Source: Chloroflexota bacterium (GTDB lineage: Bacteria > Chloroflexota > Dehalococcoidia > GIF9 > AB-539-J10). From it: a stretch of DNA of 64,000 nt. A model generated the notes under the pieces. That model was not told the DNA's origin and did not search any database. It was given only the letters and a program-made list of their open reading frames with translations. This document shows positions 9,032 to 17,452 of the stretch, piece by piece; the stretch's first letter is position 1, and every line of letters starts with the position of its first letter. The stretch covers positions 57,314 through 121,313 of the forward strand of contig DAITOK010000001.1 in NCBI GenBank assembly GCA_036834125.1, given 5' to 3'. The position numbers were made by a program, and so were the translations under genes.

Positions 9032-9340
9032 TTAGAATCTGCGTCGTCTGCCACCACCAAACCCGCCCCCTCCGCCGAAGGGCTTTCTGCCACCTTCAGT
9101 ACGGGGACGTGCTTCACTGACACTGAGTGTCCGGTCTCCCATCGTCTTACCATTAAGCCCAGTAATGGCAGCTTGAGCCTCAGATTTGTTCGCCATTTCG
9201 ACAAATGCAAATCCTCGAGATTGCCCGCTATATCTATCTTTTATGATATTCACTGAACCAACTTGTCCAAAGGCTTCAAATGCTTTGCGCAATTGGTCCT
9301 CAGTGACCTCGCGGGATAAATTGCCCACATAGATATTCAT
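9032..9340 (-). CDS. RRM-type RNA-binding protein with a glycine/arginine-rich tail
   Basis: RNP-2 IYVGNL and RNP-1 RGFAFVEM motifs, with a C-terminal GGGGGFGGGRRRRF. Confidence 0.8.
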   Translation of the reverse strand: MNIYVGNLSREVTEDQLRKAFEAFGQVGSVNIIKDRYSGQSRGFAFVEMANKSEAQAAITGLNGKTMGDRTLSVSEARPRTEGGRKPFGGGGGFGGGRRRRF

Positions 9341-9476
9341 GATATTTAACCCCCTACTATTTTTCTAATGTCGCACCTTCTGCGCCAGAACGCTTTACAA
9401 CACTCTGATTGTCTCTCCAAGTAAAGATTCAAGGGCTGGAAGCAAATCCAGCCCTTTGAAATCTAGCTACTACAGA

Positions 9477-9782
9477 TTATTTTCGACTGCTTACTTTAAT
9501 CTTGTTGTAACATTCACTACAATATACTGGTCGTCCCTCTCGAGGCTCGAAGGGCACTTCACAGTCTTTACCACATTCGTTGCATACCGCATGGTGCATT
9601 TGGCGATTGGCTCTGTAGTTGCCGGTATTGTTGTGCTGAGCCTTCTTTGCTTCACGGCAAGCCCGGCATCGCTTGGGTTCATTGGTGTATCCCTTGCTGG
9701 CATAGAACTCTTGTTCCTGAGCAGTGAAGACGAATGTGGCACCGCAGTCAGCACATTGTAGGGTTTTGTCTGCAAATCCCAT
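9477..9782 (-). CDS. Small Zn-ribbon domain protein (two CxxC pairs)
   Basis: MGFADKTLQCADCGATFVFTAQEQEFYASKGYTNEPKRCRAC ... CNECGK...CSEC. An AAGGAGG RBS lies 7 nt before ATG 9782; the ORF is open to 9893. Confidence 0.6.
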   Translation of the reverse strand: MGFADKTLQCADCGATFVFTAQEQEFYASKGYTNEPKRCRACREAKKAQHNNTGNYRANRQMHHAVCNECGKDCEVPFEPREGRPVYCSECYNKIKVSSRK

Positions 9783-9971
9783 TGGATGACCTCCTTTCTT
9801 TACAATACTTTGGCTTGGGCCTCGGTCATCCAACGTTTGCAGGGGAGCCTGAGGAGCTTCAATAGAAACGTGGTAACCTACGCTTACAACCAACTAAAGT
9901 ATAATAACAGGCTACAGAAATTGCAAGCCTCTGTGGCGTAAATCAGCCAGGTAAAGCTTTGGGTTGGAGGT

Positions 9972-10988
9972 TCAAATGTGAAACTCAACTATATCGCCGT
10001 CCTGCAGGACATGTCCTTTGCTGACCCTCTGTCCATCGTACTTGCCCGAGCCCCAAACCACTGCGTACCTCAAATTCTGATGGAAATCTTTGTGTAGGCT
10101 CTCAGCAGCCTCTGCCACTGTGCTGCCCTTTTGCAGTATCATGGGGTCGGTCAGGTCAGCCTTGCTCCCCGGCGTCTTAGTATAAACACGGATGATGTTC
10201 AAGCCGTGATAGACAGCTTTCTTGAAATCGTCCAGTCCGTGACTTTCTCTGGCAGAAATGGCAACCAAAGGAAACCGATTCGCATATTGTGAACGCAATT
10301 GCTCCCAGTTCTGCTGAGAGCCTGCCAAGTCGTTTTTGTTCCCGACAATTAGCATCCTTCTGGGATAAGTCCCTGGGATTGGCTGTGCTCCGTCGTCTGA
10401 TAACGGTTCTATGCGGGCTTCTCTAAGCCCTTGCAACGTCGTTTCCACCTGACTTATAGGCTCTTGGGATAGATCTACTACAATGGCAATCAGGTCAGCG
10501 TTTCTCAAGGCATTTGTCAGTAACACCCTGACCTCCCTATATCCGATAGGCGGAGTGTCCACCAATTGTATTTGAATATCTTCGAACTTCATCATCCCAG
10601 GGATGGGGGTTTTGGTAGTGAAGGGATAGTCAGCTATCTCAGGCAGGGCTTCAGTTACAGCTGCCAGCAATTGTGACTTGCCACTGTTGGGTAGCCCCAC
10701 CAGCATTACTTGTCCAGCGCCCTCGGGCTTAATATAGAAGCCTGCTCTTCTAGCTGTAGCCTGTCTTCTTTCCGCCTCCTGCGTAAACTTGGCGATCTTC
10801 CTTCTTAGCTCAGCATGAAGCTTGTCGGTGCCTTTGTGATGTGGCATAATAGCCAGCATCTCTTCTAGAGCCGCAATTTTTTCCTCCGGCTCCTTAGCCG
10901 CTCTGTATCTCTTCTCGGCTTCAAAATACTGTGGCGGTAGATTCGCTGGCATACAAGTTAATTTTAGCATTCTATTCTCTTCGCTCAA
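9972..10988 (-). CDS. DRG-family (Obg/HflX superfamily) GTPase with a C-terminal TGS domain
   Basis: G1 LVGLPNSGKSQLL, YPFTTKTPIPG and NKND motifs, with a C-terminal TGS-like VVWGSGKYDGQRVSKGHVLQDGDIVEF. The annotated start is TTG (10988); in-frame ATGs lie at 10970 and 10952. Confidence 0.65.
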   Translation of the reverse strand: MSEENRMLKLTCMPANLPPQYFEAEKRYRAAKEPEEKIAALEEMLAIMPHHKGTDKLHAELRRKIAKFTQEAERRQATARRAGFYIKPEGAGQVMLVGLPNSGKSQLLAAVTEALPEIADYPFTTKTPIPGMMKFEDIQIQLVDTPPIGYREVRVLLTNALRNADLIAIVVDLSQEPISQVETTLQGLREARIEPLSDDGAQPIPGTYPRRMLIVGNKNDLAGSQQNWEQLRSQYANRFPLVAISARESHGLDDFKKAVYHGLNIIRVYTKTPGSKADLTDPMILQKGSTVAEAAESLHKDFHQNLRYAVVWGSGKYDGQRVSKGHVLQDGDIVEFHI

Positions 10989-11082
10989 AAATGTGGCGCT
11001 GTGCTCAGTTTCAAGATAGAAAGCATGCTATAATTGTCGGCCAATGTTTTAATAACCGGAGCATTGCTCCAAAGGAGAGAAA

Positions 11083-12123
11083 ATGTGGGACGCTTCTAAG
11101 TGTAATCTATGCGGAGATTGTCTGGTCAACTGTCGGTATGTCCACTACGATAGGGACAAGGCAGTAGCTGAGATCAAGTTACTGATGGAGGGCAAGGAGG
11201 CTGAAATATTAAGCAAATGCACTACATGTATTGCCTGTAATGATTATTGCCCGACAGGGGCTGACCCTTCTAACCTGATATTCAAGATGCAAGAGAAAAT
11301 AGGTACCTCTCCCATAGTGACAATGGGCAAACCTGCCAAGGAAGCGATACAGCGAGCATTCGAAATAGGAGAGGACGCAGAACAGATTGTGCCGGGCGAC
11401 CCCGACAAGCCGGCGCTGTCACTGGACGAATTTCGCTTTGAGCAATTTCCAGAGGGGACATTCGATAGCCAGCTCTTCAGGGGTATGACCATAGTGAGAG
11501 GTAGCCAGTATGCTTCTCTTGTGGGCTATGTCCATATGGGTGGAGAGAGCCTGGCGCAGAGATATGGTCAGCGTGTCCTGGATAAACTGGCTAAACTGAA
11601 CAAAGATATAGTCTATATTCACAATGAGGGCTTCATCCTGGCGCATGTGAAGTCCAGGGGATATGGTTTCAAAGTCCGCTTTAAGTATATGCATCTGTTT
11701 GAATATCTGCGCAATTATCTGAACGCACACAAAAAAACCGTCACAAAGCTAGGTAAGAAAGTAGCCTATCAGGCTAATTGTGCGACCAGGTGGATCCCTG
11801 AGTATGATGCCTTTCTGGACGAGGTATTCAAGGTTGTGGGCGTGGAAAGACCCGCCAGGAAATACGAGCGGCTGAATGCTGTTTGCTGTACTGCTCCGCT
11901 TATTTATGTTAACCGTGAGCTCGCCGTTGATATTCAGAGGAAAAATTTTGAGGACGCCAGCGCTTGTGGGGCTGAGGCTATTATAACCTCGTGTCCTGTA
12001 TGCTACAGAGTGTTCAGGCGACCAAGCGTGGACTTTGGTCTGCCCAGCATATTTATCACTGACCTCTGCCGAATTGCGCTTGGCGAAAAACCATGGCCAA
12101 GAAGTACCCGGTCAGCGAAATAA
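11083..12123 (+). CDS. Fe-S oxidoreductase with an N-terminal 2x[4Fe-4S] ferredoxin and a C-terminal CCG cysteine-rich domain (HdrD/GlcF-like)
   Basis: CNLCGDCLVNC and CTTCIACNDYCP ferredoxin motifs, plus CCTAPL and TSCPVC CCG-domain motifs. A strong AAAGGAGAG RBS precedes it. Confidence 0.65.
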   Translation: MWDASKCNLCGDCLVNCRYVHYDRDKAVAEIKLLMEGKEAEILSKCTTCIACNDYCPTGADPSNLIFKMQEKIGTSPIVTMGKPAKEAIQRAFEIGEDAEQIVPGDPDKPALSLDEFRFEQFPEGTFDSQLFRGMTIVRGSQYASLVGYVHMGGESLAQRYGQRVLDKLAKLNKDIVYIHNEGFILAHVKSRGYGFKVRFKYMHLFEYLRNYLNAHKKTVTKLGKKVAYQANCATRWIPEYDAFLDEVFKVVGVERPARKYERLNAVCCTAPLIYVNRELAVDIQRKNFEDASACGAEAIITSCPVCYRVFRRPSVDFGLPSIFITDLCRIALGEKPWPRSTRSAK

Positions 12124-12325
12124 ACCAGCGTCGGACTTTTCTGTATGGGGAAGACACAGTGGGAATGAGGTTGAAGTTTCCTGGACACGTATGTTCAGCT
12201 GGGTGAAAGAAAAGAGTTGATGAAATGAATAAAGGTCTCCCGGAGTTTTCGGAGCGTCGCCCCACCTGGAATTTCATCTGAAATGCCACGGAGAGGCTCA
12301 AAAAATGGCATTAAGTAGCTTTTGG

Positions 12326-12425
12326 GCATTCCCACCCTTCTTCTCTCCTTCCTCTCCCCTTTCTCCTTTTTTCTCTTCTCTCTTTTTCGTTGTTTTGTTG
12401 TGGGGTTGGTTTCGGGTTATCCTCC
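12326..12425. repeat. About 100-nt homopyrimidine (plus strand) / homopurine tract, low complexity (CT-rich then GT-rich)
   Basis: cccacccttcttctctccttcctctcccctttctccttttttctcttctctctttttcgttgttttgttgtggggttggtttcgggtt, immediately 3' of the HTH gene. Confidence 0.7.
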
Positions 12426-12451
12426 GGTGGTTAACCCTTAATCGGCTGTTG

Positions 12452-12784
12452 CTAAGGCTTGAATAGCCTGTGCCACCATCTTTGCTTAGGGGTCTGCTTA
12501 GGGGCTTCCAGCAGCAATAAGCGTTGTTCCAGAAATTCAGCCTTAGCTTTCCAGTAGCCAACTTCCTGAGACAGTTGCTCTATTCTGTTGATAAGGGGCT
12601 GGATACCCAAGGTGTTATCTGAAGACGGCTTTTCGAGCGGGGGTAAATCCTCAATGATGTACGAAGGACCGAACTTGGTTGGCACTAGGCGGGCTTTGAC
12701 CTTGCCGGACTTGATGTAGCGACGGAGAGTGATCACTGAGATGCCCAGGGCTTGAGCGGCTTCCTTCAAGGTGTAGCCAGCCAT
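12452..12784 (-). CDS. Excisionase/MerR-type helix-turn-helix DNA-binding protein with a C-terminal coiled coil
   Basis: YTLKEAAQALGISVITLRRYIKSGKV is an excisionase-family HTH; it lies downstream of the tRNA-Lys 3' end. Confidence 0.55.
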   Translation of the reverse strand: MAGYTLKEAAQALGISVITLRRYIKSGKVKARLVPTKFGPSYIIEDLPPLEKPSSDNTLGIQPLINRIEQLSQEVGYWKAKAEFLEQRLLLLEAPKQTPKQRWWHRLFKP

Positions 12785-12880
12785 TTATTATATTGTAGCA
12801 CTTGGTGGGGGTGTTGAAAATGGGTTTGGTAAAGGCTGACGAGGGGTTGGTGTGCGGAGCGTGGGTATGTGGATCAGAAG

Positions 12881-12953
12881 TAGGCCGTGCAGGACTCGAA
12901 CCTGCGACACCCTGATTAAAAGTCAGGTGCTCTGCCAACTGAGCTAACGGCCC
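12881..12953 (-). tRNA. tRNA-Lys (anticodon TTT)
   Basis: A 73-nt cloverleaf: acceptor GGGCCGT/ACGGCCT, D arm GCTC-AGTTGGCA-GAGC, anticodon loop CTTTTAA, T loop GGTTCGAGTCC. No CCA is encoded. Confidence 0.85.
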
Positions 12954-12977
12954 ATGTTTTGGGGGATGGCGTGCAGG

Positions 12978-13253
12978 CTATTTTTCCTCTGACAGAAGGT
13001 TTGAAATATAGAGAGCAAAGGCAGGGTGAATATCGCAGATAAAACCTCCGTCAACCGCTTCTACAGAGAATGTTACCCGGCTGGGCTTCTTGACAGGGTC
13101 GCCGAATTTGTTGAGTCCTATCTCATCCCAGGGCATGTGGTGACCTAATATTTCCAATAATCCCTTAACATCTCGCGGGTTTTCCACAATCACTTCGAAA
13201 GGAAGGTGACGGGCTAACCCCGATAGTTGGTCGTTATTCAGCTTTACTCTCAT
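12978..13253 (-). CDS. Hypothetical 91-aa protein between two tRNA genes
   Basis: An intact ORF starting 38 nt downstream of tRNA-Gly; I recognise no family. Confidence 0.35.
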   Translation of the reverse strand: MRVKLNNDQLSGLARHLPFEVIVENPRDVKGLLEILGHHMPWDEIGLNKFGDPVKKPSRVTFSVEAVDGGFICDIHPAFALYISNLLSEEK

Positions 13254-13291
13254 GTTTCCGCTTTCGCCTTATTAATCACAGCTGTTTGCAC

Positions 13292-13363
13292 AGCGGGTGA
13301 TGGGATTCGAACCCACGACGTCTTGCTTGGGAAGCAAGCACTCTACCGCTGAGTTACACCCGC
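13292..13363 (-). tRNA. tRNA-Gly (anticodon CCC)
   Basis: A 72-nt cloverleaf: acceptor GCGGGTG/CACCCGC, anticodon loop TTCCCAA, T loop GGTTCGAATCC. Confidence 0.85.
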
Positions 13364-13414
13364 AGCCACTATATTATCAATTACAATGGGCACCGATGTC
13401 AAGAATGGATTCTA

Positions 13415-14650
13415 CTATGGTGGTATGAGTGTCAACAGCCTTCTGGCAATTTTGGGATATTTGGCAATAAATAGCAATTCATCCTCGACCAGTGGTTTTT
13501 GCGCTTCGACATTAGCGTATCTTACTAATTCTAGGATTTCTTCAGCTTCCTTAGCGTCTTTAAACTTTATCTCCATCCGTCCCATTATATGGCTGAAGCC
13601 AGATACTCCACCGTATTCTCCGGAACATATCTCGCGGCCAGTCTCGACAAGCTCGGGTTCGCCTCTGCCCAATTCGTCGTAACTGTATAGTTCGTAGTTA
13701 TGGGGATCTTTCAGTACACCATCGGCATGGATACCGGAGCTATGAGCAAAAGCATTAGCGCCGACGCCAGGCTGGTTTATGGGAATAGGCACCTTGAAAG
13801 CATAGCTAGCAAATTTGCAGATCTTCCAAGCCTTTGTCAGGTTTATGGGCATGCCGAGCTGGTATTTCCCTGCGAAGCCTTTGGATTTGGTGACAGCGAG
13901 GACCGTAGCTACAAGGTCGGCATTGCCAGCTCGTTCGCCGATTCCGTTGACTGTAGTATTGATGTAAGCATCTTGTCCACCGTCTATAGCTCCTTTGGCT
14001 CCAGCTATAGAATTAGCCACTGCCATACCTAGGTCACCATGACAATGGAGCTCAATAGGCATTGCTACATGTTTGGCTATTGTTTTTACAGTCTCGTAAA
14101 TAGTAAAGGGGTTGTCATATCCTAGAGTATCGCAATACCTGAACCGGTCAGCACCATGTTCTTTAGCGGCTGAGGCAAATTGAATTAGAAAATCTATATC
14201 AGTTCGGGAGGCATCTTCAGCGTTTACGCCTATACTTTCAGCTCCATGAGCGCGGGCAGCATCCACTGCCTCGGTCATCATCTTTATAATATCCTCTCGC
14301 GTTTTCTTGCCCAGAAATTTTCCCCGGATCATTTGGTCCGATGTAGAAATAGAGAGATTAAGATGCTTGAGGTTGGGAACATACTCGAAAGCCTTTTCCA
14401 CGTCTTCGGTAACTGCTCTTAGCCACCCTCCTAAGCGGATGGGTTTGAGAACTCCCATCTCAGCTAATTCCAGATTTGCCTGTAGATAAAAAGATTCGTG
14501 TCTGGTTGTGGGGAAGCCAAATTCTGACTGGAAGACACCCATTTCGTTTAGGTAGAGATTAATCATGGTCTTTTCCAGCTTGGATAGACCAAGACGTGCA
14601 GTTTGGACGCCATCACGATTAGTAACATCTATGAAATAAAGCTTGCTCAT
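13415..14650 (-). CDS. HMGL-like 2-isopropylmalate/homocitrate/citramalate synthase family enzyme (Re-citrate synthase candidate)
   Basis: FIDVTNRDGVQ (the DRE-TIM metallolyase N-terminal motif) and LHCHGDLGMAVANSIAGAKGAIDGGQ (the HxH metal site). The ORF is open to GTG 14665; ATG 14650 gives MSKLYF. Confidence 0.75.
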   Translation of the reverse strand: MSKLYFIDVTNRDGVQTARLGLSKLEKTMINLYLNEMGVFQSEFGFPTTRHESFYLQANLELAEMGVLKPIRLGGWLRAVTEDVEKAFEYVPNLKHLNLSISTSDQMIRGKFLGKKTREDIIKMMTEAVDAARAHGAESIGVNAEDASRTDIDFLIQFASAAKEHGADRFRYCDTLGYDNPFTIYETVKTIAKHVAMPIELHCHGDLGMAVANSIAGAKGAIDGGQDAYINTTVNGIGERAGNADLVATVLAVTKSKGFAGKYQLGMPINLTKAWKICKFASYAFKVPIPINQPGVGANAFAHSSGIHADGVLKDPHNYELYSYDELGRGEPELVETGREICSGEYGGVSGFSHIMGRMEIKFKDAKEAEEILELVRYANVEAQKPLVEDELLFIAKYPKIARRLLTLIPP

Positions 14651-14862
14651 TTTTGCTTCCCGCACAAGGGTGAAATTGAATTAAGAAGGATAGCATTATT
14701 CGTTCAAATTATCAAGTTTTGGCTCCATCAGATTGTCTATTCTGATGTTAAACTCTAAAAGTAAGGCAAAAGATTTTTAAGTCGAGCAGGATGATACAGA
14801 CGGCACTGTAGATACTCTCCAACTCTTCCTTTGCTTTCGTAATTTAGATTATACTAATCTCA

Positions 14863-15948
14863 ATGCAATCGGGTATGGCTAAAGTGGTGGAATGGCTTGG
14901 TGACAAGCTGAGGATACTAGACCAAAGCAAGCTCCCCTGGGAGGAGTGCTTTATTGACCTGGACGATTACCAGGATGTTGTTTTGGCGATTAAGGAAATG
15001 AAAGTTCGTGGGGCACCAGCTATTGGAGTAGCGGCTGCCTATGGCATAGCCCTAGGGACATCGAGCATTAGAACAAGGAACAAAGATGAATTTCTGGCAG
15101 AACTGGATGAGATTATACAAGCCTTTGGTGCAGCCAGACCTACTGCTGCAAACCTCTTTCAAGCTATTAGCAAGATGAAGAAGGTGGCTAGAGGGGACAG
15201 CGTTGTGGAAATGAAGAAGTCGCTGGTCAGTGAAGCTAAGCAGATTCATGAAGATGAAATAAAGGCGACTGAAAAGCTTAGCCAGCTAGGAGCCCGGCTT
15301 ATCAAAGACGGTTGTACCGTGCTTACTCATTGCAACACAGGTCCTCTAGCCACCGCTGGCTATGGCACTGCTTTAGGAGTCATCAAAGCTGCTAAAGAAC
15401 AAGGGAAAAAAGTGCAAGTCTTTGTCACGGAGACACGTCCGCTTCTGCAAGGAGCGCGGCTCACTACCTGGGAACTAATGCAAGAGGGCATCCAGGTGAC
15501 TTTGATTACCGATTCCATGCCTGGCTATTTTATGACGGAAAAGAAAATAGACTGTGTCATTGTCGGTGCAGACAGGATTGCAGCCAATGGCGATGTTGCC
15601 AATAAAATTGGCACCTATGCTCTGGCAGTGCTGGCTAAAGAGAATAACATCCCTTTCTACGTGGCTGCTCCCACCAGCACTGTTGACCTGTCTTTAGCTT
15701 CGGGGGAAGAAATCCCCATTGAGGAGCGAGCCGCGGATGAGGTAACACATATCCAGGGAATGCCGATTGCTCCTGCGGGTGTGAAGGTAGCAAATCCTGC
15801 TTTCGATATTACTCCCCAAGGGTACATATCTGCCATTATCACTGAGAAAGGCATAATAAAGAAACCCTACTCGGAGAGACTAAAGAGGCTGGCTTCAGAT
15901 CTCTGTAGCGATTCGATCCATCGAACATTTGTGCCGCGACCGGGTTGA
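14863..15948 (+). CDS. mtnA: S-methyl-5-thioribose-1-phosphate isomerase (eIF-2B alpha/beta/delta family)
   Basis: CNTGPLATAGYGTALGV, VGADRIAANGDVANKIGTY and RLTTWELMQEGI are MtnA-type motifs. Confidence 0.75.
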   Translation: MQSGMAKVVEWLGDKLRILDQSKLPWEECFIDLDDYQDVVLAIKEMKVRGAPAIGVAAAYGIALGTSSIRTRNKDEFLAELDEIIQAFGAARPTAANLFQAISKMKKVARGDSVVEMKKSLVSEAKQIHEDEIKATEKLSQLGARLIKDGCTVLTHCNTGPLATAGYGTALGVIKAAKEQGKKVQVFVTETRPLLQGARLTTWELMQEGIQVTLITDSMPGYFMTEKKIDCVIVGADRIAANGDVANKIGTYALAVLAKENNIPFYVAAPTSTVDLSLASGEEIPIEERAADEVTHIQGMPIAPAGVKVANPAFDITPQGYISAIITEKGIIKKPYSERLKRLASDLCSDSIHRTFVPRPG

Positions 15949-15962
15949 TTGGGCGAACTAAG

Positions 15963-16397
15963 TCAAAGCTGTTTGTACATTTTTACGTGCTTGATGCCAG
16001 CTTCGTAGAAAGGTGTTCCTGCTTCCTGGAAGCCACATGGCTTGTAAAAGGGGACAACTTCCAGTTGGGCGTGGATGATTATTTCGTGTACCTGTCTATC
16101 TTTAAGCACGGAATCCAAGAACAGGAGCATTTTTCTGCCTATGCCCTTATGGCGATATGCCTTCAGCACAGCCATTCTTTCTAGTTTAGCTTGATTATCG
16201 GCTAGGAATTGAACTCGCGCACTGGCGACAACTTCTTTTCCATGTTCGACCACCACATGTAGCGAATCTCTGTCACGCCTATCAAACACTAGGTCCTCGG
16301 AGATACCTTGCTCGTAAACAAACACCTGCCTCCTGACCTTGAAGGCTTCTTGTAACTCTTCACTATCTGTCACGAGTCTGTATCTAAGTTTGCTCAT
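15963..16397 (-). CDS. GNAT family N-acetyltransferase
   Basis: RHKGIGRKMLLFL; 144 aa. Confidence 0.6.
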   Translation of the reverse strand: MSKLRYRLVTDSEELQEAFKVRRQVFVYEQGISEDLVFDRRDRDSLHVVVEHGKEVVASARVQFLADNQAKLERMAVLKAYRHKGIGRKMLLFLDSVLKDRQVHEIIIHAQLEVVPFYKPCGFQEAGTPFYEAGIKHVKMYKQL

Positions 16398-16562
16398 GAA
16401 AATAGAATACCTTACTCAAACGCTATTATATCTAATCGGCTAGGTGTATTTTTTGTTACAAAAGTTGGAATGCGTGGTGTAACACTCTTAGTATATTTGG
16501 CAATAAAGGGAAAGAATATATGCTACAATTAGCCAGCTTTGGTGAAATTGGATTAGCACAGT

Positions 16563-17450
16563 ATGGAAGGCAACTGGGCGCAGGTTTTGTTTAATTCAGC
16601 GGTCACAAGCAGTCTCTATCTCATTGCGGCGATAGGACTCACTTTGACTTATGGCCTTTCCGGTTTTCCTAACTTTGCCTATGCTGAATTTATGACCTTT
16701 GGTGCTTACATAGGTTATTTTGTGTCCCGCCAATTGGGCTTAGACATTATTTTTGCTTTCATTGGCGCTTTCTTGGCATCTGGAGCATTGGGAGCTTTAA
16801 CATACCAGGGGGTCTTCAGGTTCTTAGCGAACCGAGGAGCAACTAAAATCCACCTTATGGTAGCTTCCATAGGTCTAGGCTTTGCTATCAGACATATTAT
16901 TGGTGACAGATGGGGTTGGCCCCCTTTCACCTTTGGGATCAGTTGGTCTGCTTTCGACATTGGTGCTATCAGGGTTACGGACCTTTGGTTGGGGCTTATC
17001 TTTACAGCTTTGGCCACGGCAGCGATTATGCATCTTGTGCTGACGAGAACGAAGACAGGCAAAGCTATTCGGGGAATTTCCACTAACCCAGAATTAGCTT
17101 TAGCCTCAGGTATTAACATTGAGCGGGTCAATTTAGTGACTTGGGGGTTTGGTGCAGGGTTGGCAGGCATCGCTGGACTATTCTGGGGAGCGATGGCAGC
17201 ACTCTCTCCACTCTTAGGCTGGACTACGATCTTGCCTGTTTTCGCAGTAACCATACTGGGGGGGATAGGTAGCTTCTATGGAATTTTAGCGGCCGCTTTC
17301 ATTCTTGGTTTAGCGGAAAACCTTGGTACAGTGGCACTGACACAGTTTGGCTTTTCCACTGAATATCGCATGGCAATAGCCTTTATCATTTTAATCGCAA
17401 CGCTGGTTGCAAGACCACAAGGGCTAGCGAGGGCATTCAGGAGACTCTAA
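16563..17450 (+). CDS. livH: Branched-chain amino acid ABC transporter permease
   Basis: A multi-TM protein with a LivH-type fold, first gene of the cassette. Confidence 0.75.
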   Translation: MEGNWAQVLFNSAVTSSLYLIAAIGLTLTYGLSGFPNFAYAEFMTFGAYIGYFVSRQLGLDIIFAFIGAFLASGALGALTYQGVFRFLANRGATKIHLMVASIGLGFAIRHIIGDRWGWPPFTFGISWSAFDIGAIRVTDLWLGLIFTALATAAIMHLVLTRTKTGKAIRGISTNPELALASGINIERVNLVTWGFGAGLAGIAGLFWGAMAALSPLLGWTTILPVFAVTILGGIGSFYGILAAAFILGLAENLGTVALTQFGFSTEYRMAIAFIILIATLVARPQGLARAFRRL

Positions 17451-17452
17451 AT

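Noticed and set aside
8894-9256. 120-aa plus-strand ORF overlapping the RRM gene
   Set aside because: It is antisense to the RRM gene, which has clear RNP-1/RNP-2 motifs.
12298-12561. 87-aa minus-strand ORF translating to EEKKGERGEEGEKKGG...
   Set aside because: It is produced entirely by the homopurine/homopyrimidine low-complexity tract. It overlaps the 3' end of the HTH gene and has no protein-like composition.
16715-17254. 179-aa minus-strand ORF inside livH
   Set aside because: It is antisense to a membrane permease; the Ala/Pro/Lys-rich translation mirrors the GC skew of the sense gene.
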